DNA from: Octopus sinensis
Taxonomy: Eukaryota
Direction of reading: 5' to 3'
Assembly: GCF_006345805.1 (NCBI RefSeq)
Contig: NW_021832165.1
Location: 1 to 34,678, forward strand
DNA length: 34,678 nt
In this document: in pieces, positions 32,626-34,678 of the stretch
Layout: the number at the start of each line of letters is the position of its first letter
Numbering within the stretch: the first letter of the stretch is position 1
Notes under the pieces: generated by a model
Database searches by the model: none
What the model was told of the DNA's origin: nothing
The model's input: the letters and a program-made list of their open reading frames with translations, nothing else
Translations under genes and position numbers: made by a program

Positions 32626-33942
32626 TAACACCCTAAGGGAACCTTAACTCCCAAATTTTAGTCATTTCTTTTATGATCCAAAGCTAGGTCAAAAGTACTG
32701 AATGGATCTTTATGAAATTTGGAAATTATATTCTATGAAGAGGGCCATAACCCCCATGACAATTCATATATTTTTGCTGTTGATGAAATTTTAACCATAG
32801 ATATTAGACACAAATGAAGTAATATTTATAAAATTTTATCTTCTTACAAAGTTAGAAGGACCCCACCATGGGGACTTAACACCTACAATTTTGTCATTTT
32901 ATCTAAGCAAAAACGAATACAGTTGTGCTCTTGGAAGCTGTAGGGTTACCCGAGCATAAATGTTGGGCATTATTTCTAATTCAGTGGTACAACAGTGTAA
33001 CAGTTTGCTTTGACATACACTTACATTGTGATTTCTGCAATGTGGTGCATAAATTGTCCAAGTAAATTAGAGGCATCTTTGCCTCCACTGATTCAGTTGC
33101 AAAGTGTTGAGTAAAGTTATTTGATTGCAGACCTCCTTTCAGTTTTTTTTATTATCACTCGGTCACACATAGTCCCCAGATGGTAACATTGATTTCAAGG
33201 CCTTCCTAGATGAGTGACTGGTTATTCAAAGACATTTATAGATTTTAAATTTATTCTATCCAGTTACGTATCAGTATAGTGATCATTTGCAAACTCCAGA
33301 GGTGACACTTTAATTTCTCCTTAGCCCTCACGTCACACAGTTGTTAATGTTGATTTCAGTTGGGTCACGCCCTTCCAATTGCTATAGATACGTAATGCAT
33401 CTTACGTCTGTGCATGTCACCTGGATGGTGAGGAATCCTACATTGGGAGTGGTAACGACTAGGGTAGGGTAACTGACTGCTTATTGTGATCATTCGTCTT
33501 TTGGTTTCCTGTAGCTTTGCTCTCTTTTACGAACCCAGTGAACATATTTTTCCTATTTCAAAGAAATTCAAACAATAGATATAAGACGCAAGTAAAAAAA
33601 GATTTTCAAGAATTCAACTTCTCTGGTTGACATTAAGATGCCCACCCCCAACAGGGGCCTTAACTCTCTCATTTTAGAGCTCCTAACTTCATTTTTCAGG
33701 AGCAAAATTCTTTTTCACAGGTTCAATAAGACCTGGAATTTTGGAATATGCGCATAAAAATCAGTAGTATGGGATACATGTGGCATGATTTCATTTTTTA
33801 GGGTGTATAAAGAGGGAATAACCCTCATCTGCAATTTTGATGAAATTCGAAACATAGATATTCCAGTTTCATACGGAAGATATAACACAAAAGTCTAATT
33901 CTTCAATTGAATGTAACCGACAACGCCGGGTATCTCTGCTAG
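32527..33942 (+). mobile_element. Putative 1.4-kb non-autonomous Helitron (3' end clear, 5' end approximate)
   Basis: 3' imperfect hairpin aaccgacaacgccgggt followed by CTAG|T at 33939-33943. Candidate TC start lies in the (TCTA)n run near 32527. Internal repeats gagggccataac..gatgaaatt..catagatatt occur at ~32740-32805 and ~33812-33860. Confidence 0.5.
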
Positions 33943-33946
33943 TGTG

Positions 33947-33998
<52 letters not shown>

Positions 33999-34082
33999 TC
34001 ACTACCTGTCATAAATACCCTTTTTCTATTTGCAATATGCATTTTTCGGTGGTTGATTTTTTTCATATATATATATATATAT

Positions 34083-34115
<33 letters not shown>

Positions 34116-34144
34116 TATGTATGTATATATATATATAAAGTTTA

Positions 34145-34330
34145 ATCCAAACAAGAAAACAACAGAAAAAAGGGGGAAAAAAAGAAAAAAACACAGCAAC
34201 GCAGGACGGTGGAACAATAAGTATTATTGACGCTCAGGAAAGAAGGGAAGGAGGGTTTAACGTTTTCGAGCGGAGCTCTTCGTCGGAAACAAGGAGAAGG
34301 AAAGATCCCAAGGAGGGAAGACAGAGGAGA
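34145..34330 (-). mobile_element. Family P short repeat (Penelope pLTR-like)
   Basis: Aligns with 28690-28810 (inverted) and 15545-15690. Confidence 0.6.
34255..34290 (-). ncRNA. Minimal type I hammerhead-like motif (candidate)
   Basis: Minus strand GUUU-CCGACGA-A-GAGC-UCC-GCUC-GAAA-ACGU-U-AAAC: 4-bp stem I, core, 4-bp stem II and a palindromic ACGU in place of stem III. Confidence 0.5.
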
Positions 34331-34678
34331 CAATATTTGAGCTGGTGGTTGCTTAAGAGATCACATGTTGAAAAGAACAGAATTTGGAGGTAGTTTTAAA
34401 AATGGTTTGATAATGCAAAAGAGTTCCAAAAAAAGGAATGCCTCTGGTGTGTGGTGTGTGTGTGTTGTGCAAGATGACAGTGTGTTTGTGCGTGCGTGTG
34501 TGTGTGTGTGTGTATTTTTTTGGTGAATAGATAATGACAAGCCAGCTGTGGTGATGACTACTAGCTGTTTGTGTCAAGGTAGTCAAAGACAGGTCAAAAA
34601 ACATCATATGTGTGTGTTGTTTGTAGTGTGTGTGTGTGTGTGTGCGTGTGTGTGTTTGTGTGTGTATGCGTAGAGTGT

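Overview
AT-rich, microsatellite-dense eukaryotic DNA with no recognisable intact protein-coding gene. The SINE and short-repeat families resemble those I associate with Octopus (coleoid cephalopod); this is an inference from recall, not a search. The window is a mosaic of decayed mobile elements: a Tc1-type DD36E transposase remnant, a 5'-truncated RTE LINE (30083-32244), CR1, L1/Tx1 and R4/NeSL-type (RLE) LINE fragments, several non-autonomous Helitrons (one keeps the PIF1-helicase C-terminus), three tRNA-derived SINE families and three foldback/MITE elements. The most striking unexplained signal is a set of hammerhead-ribozyme (HHR) folds carried by three unrelated short repeat families. 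The best one (7222-7269) has a perfect 9-bp stem I, a CCGAUGA/GAAA core and a GUA cleavage triplet. A few unique islands carry splice-like or promoter-like signals, but host-gene exons can only be proposed at low confidence. Nearly all long ORFs in the supplied track are microsatellite or low-complexity artefacts.
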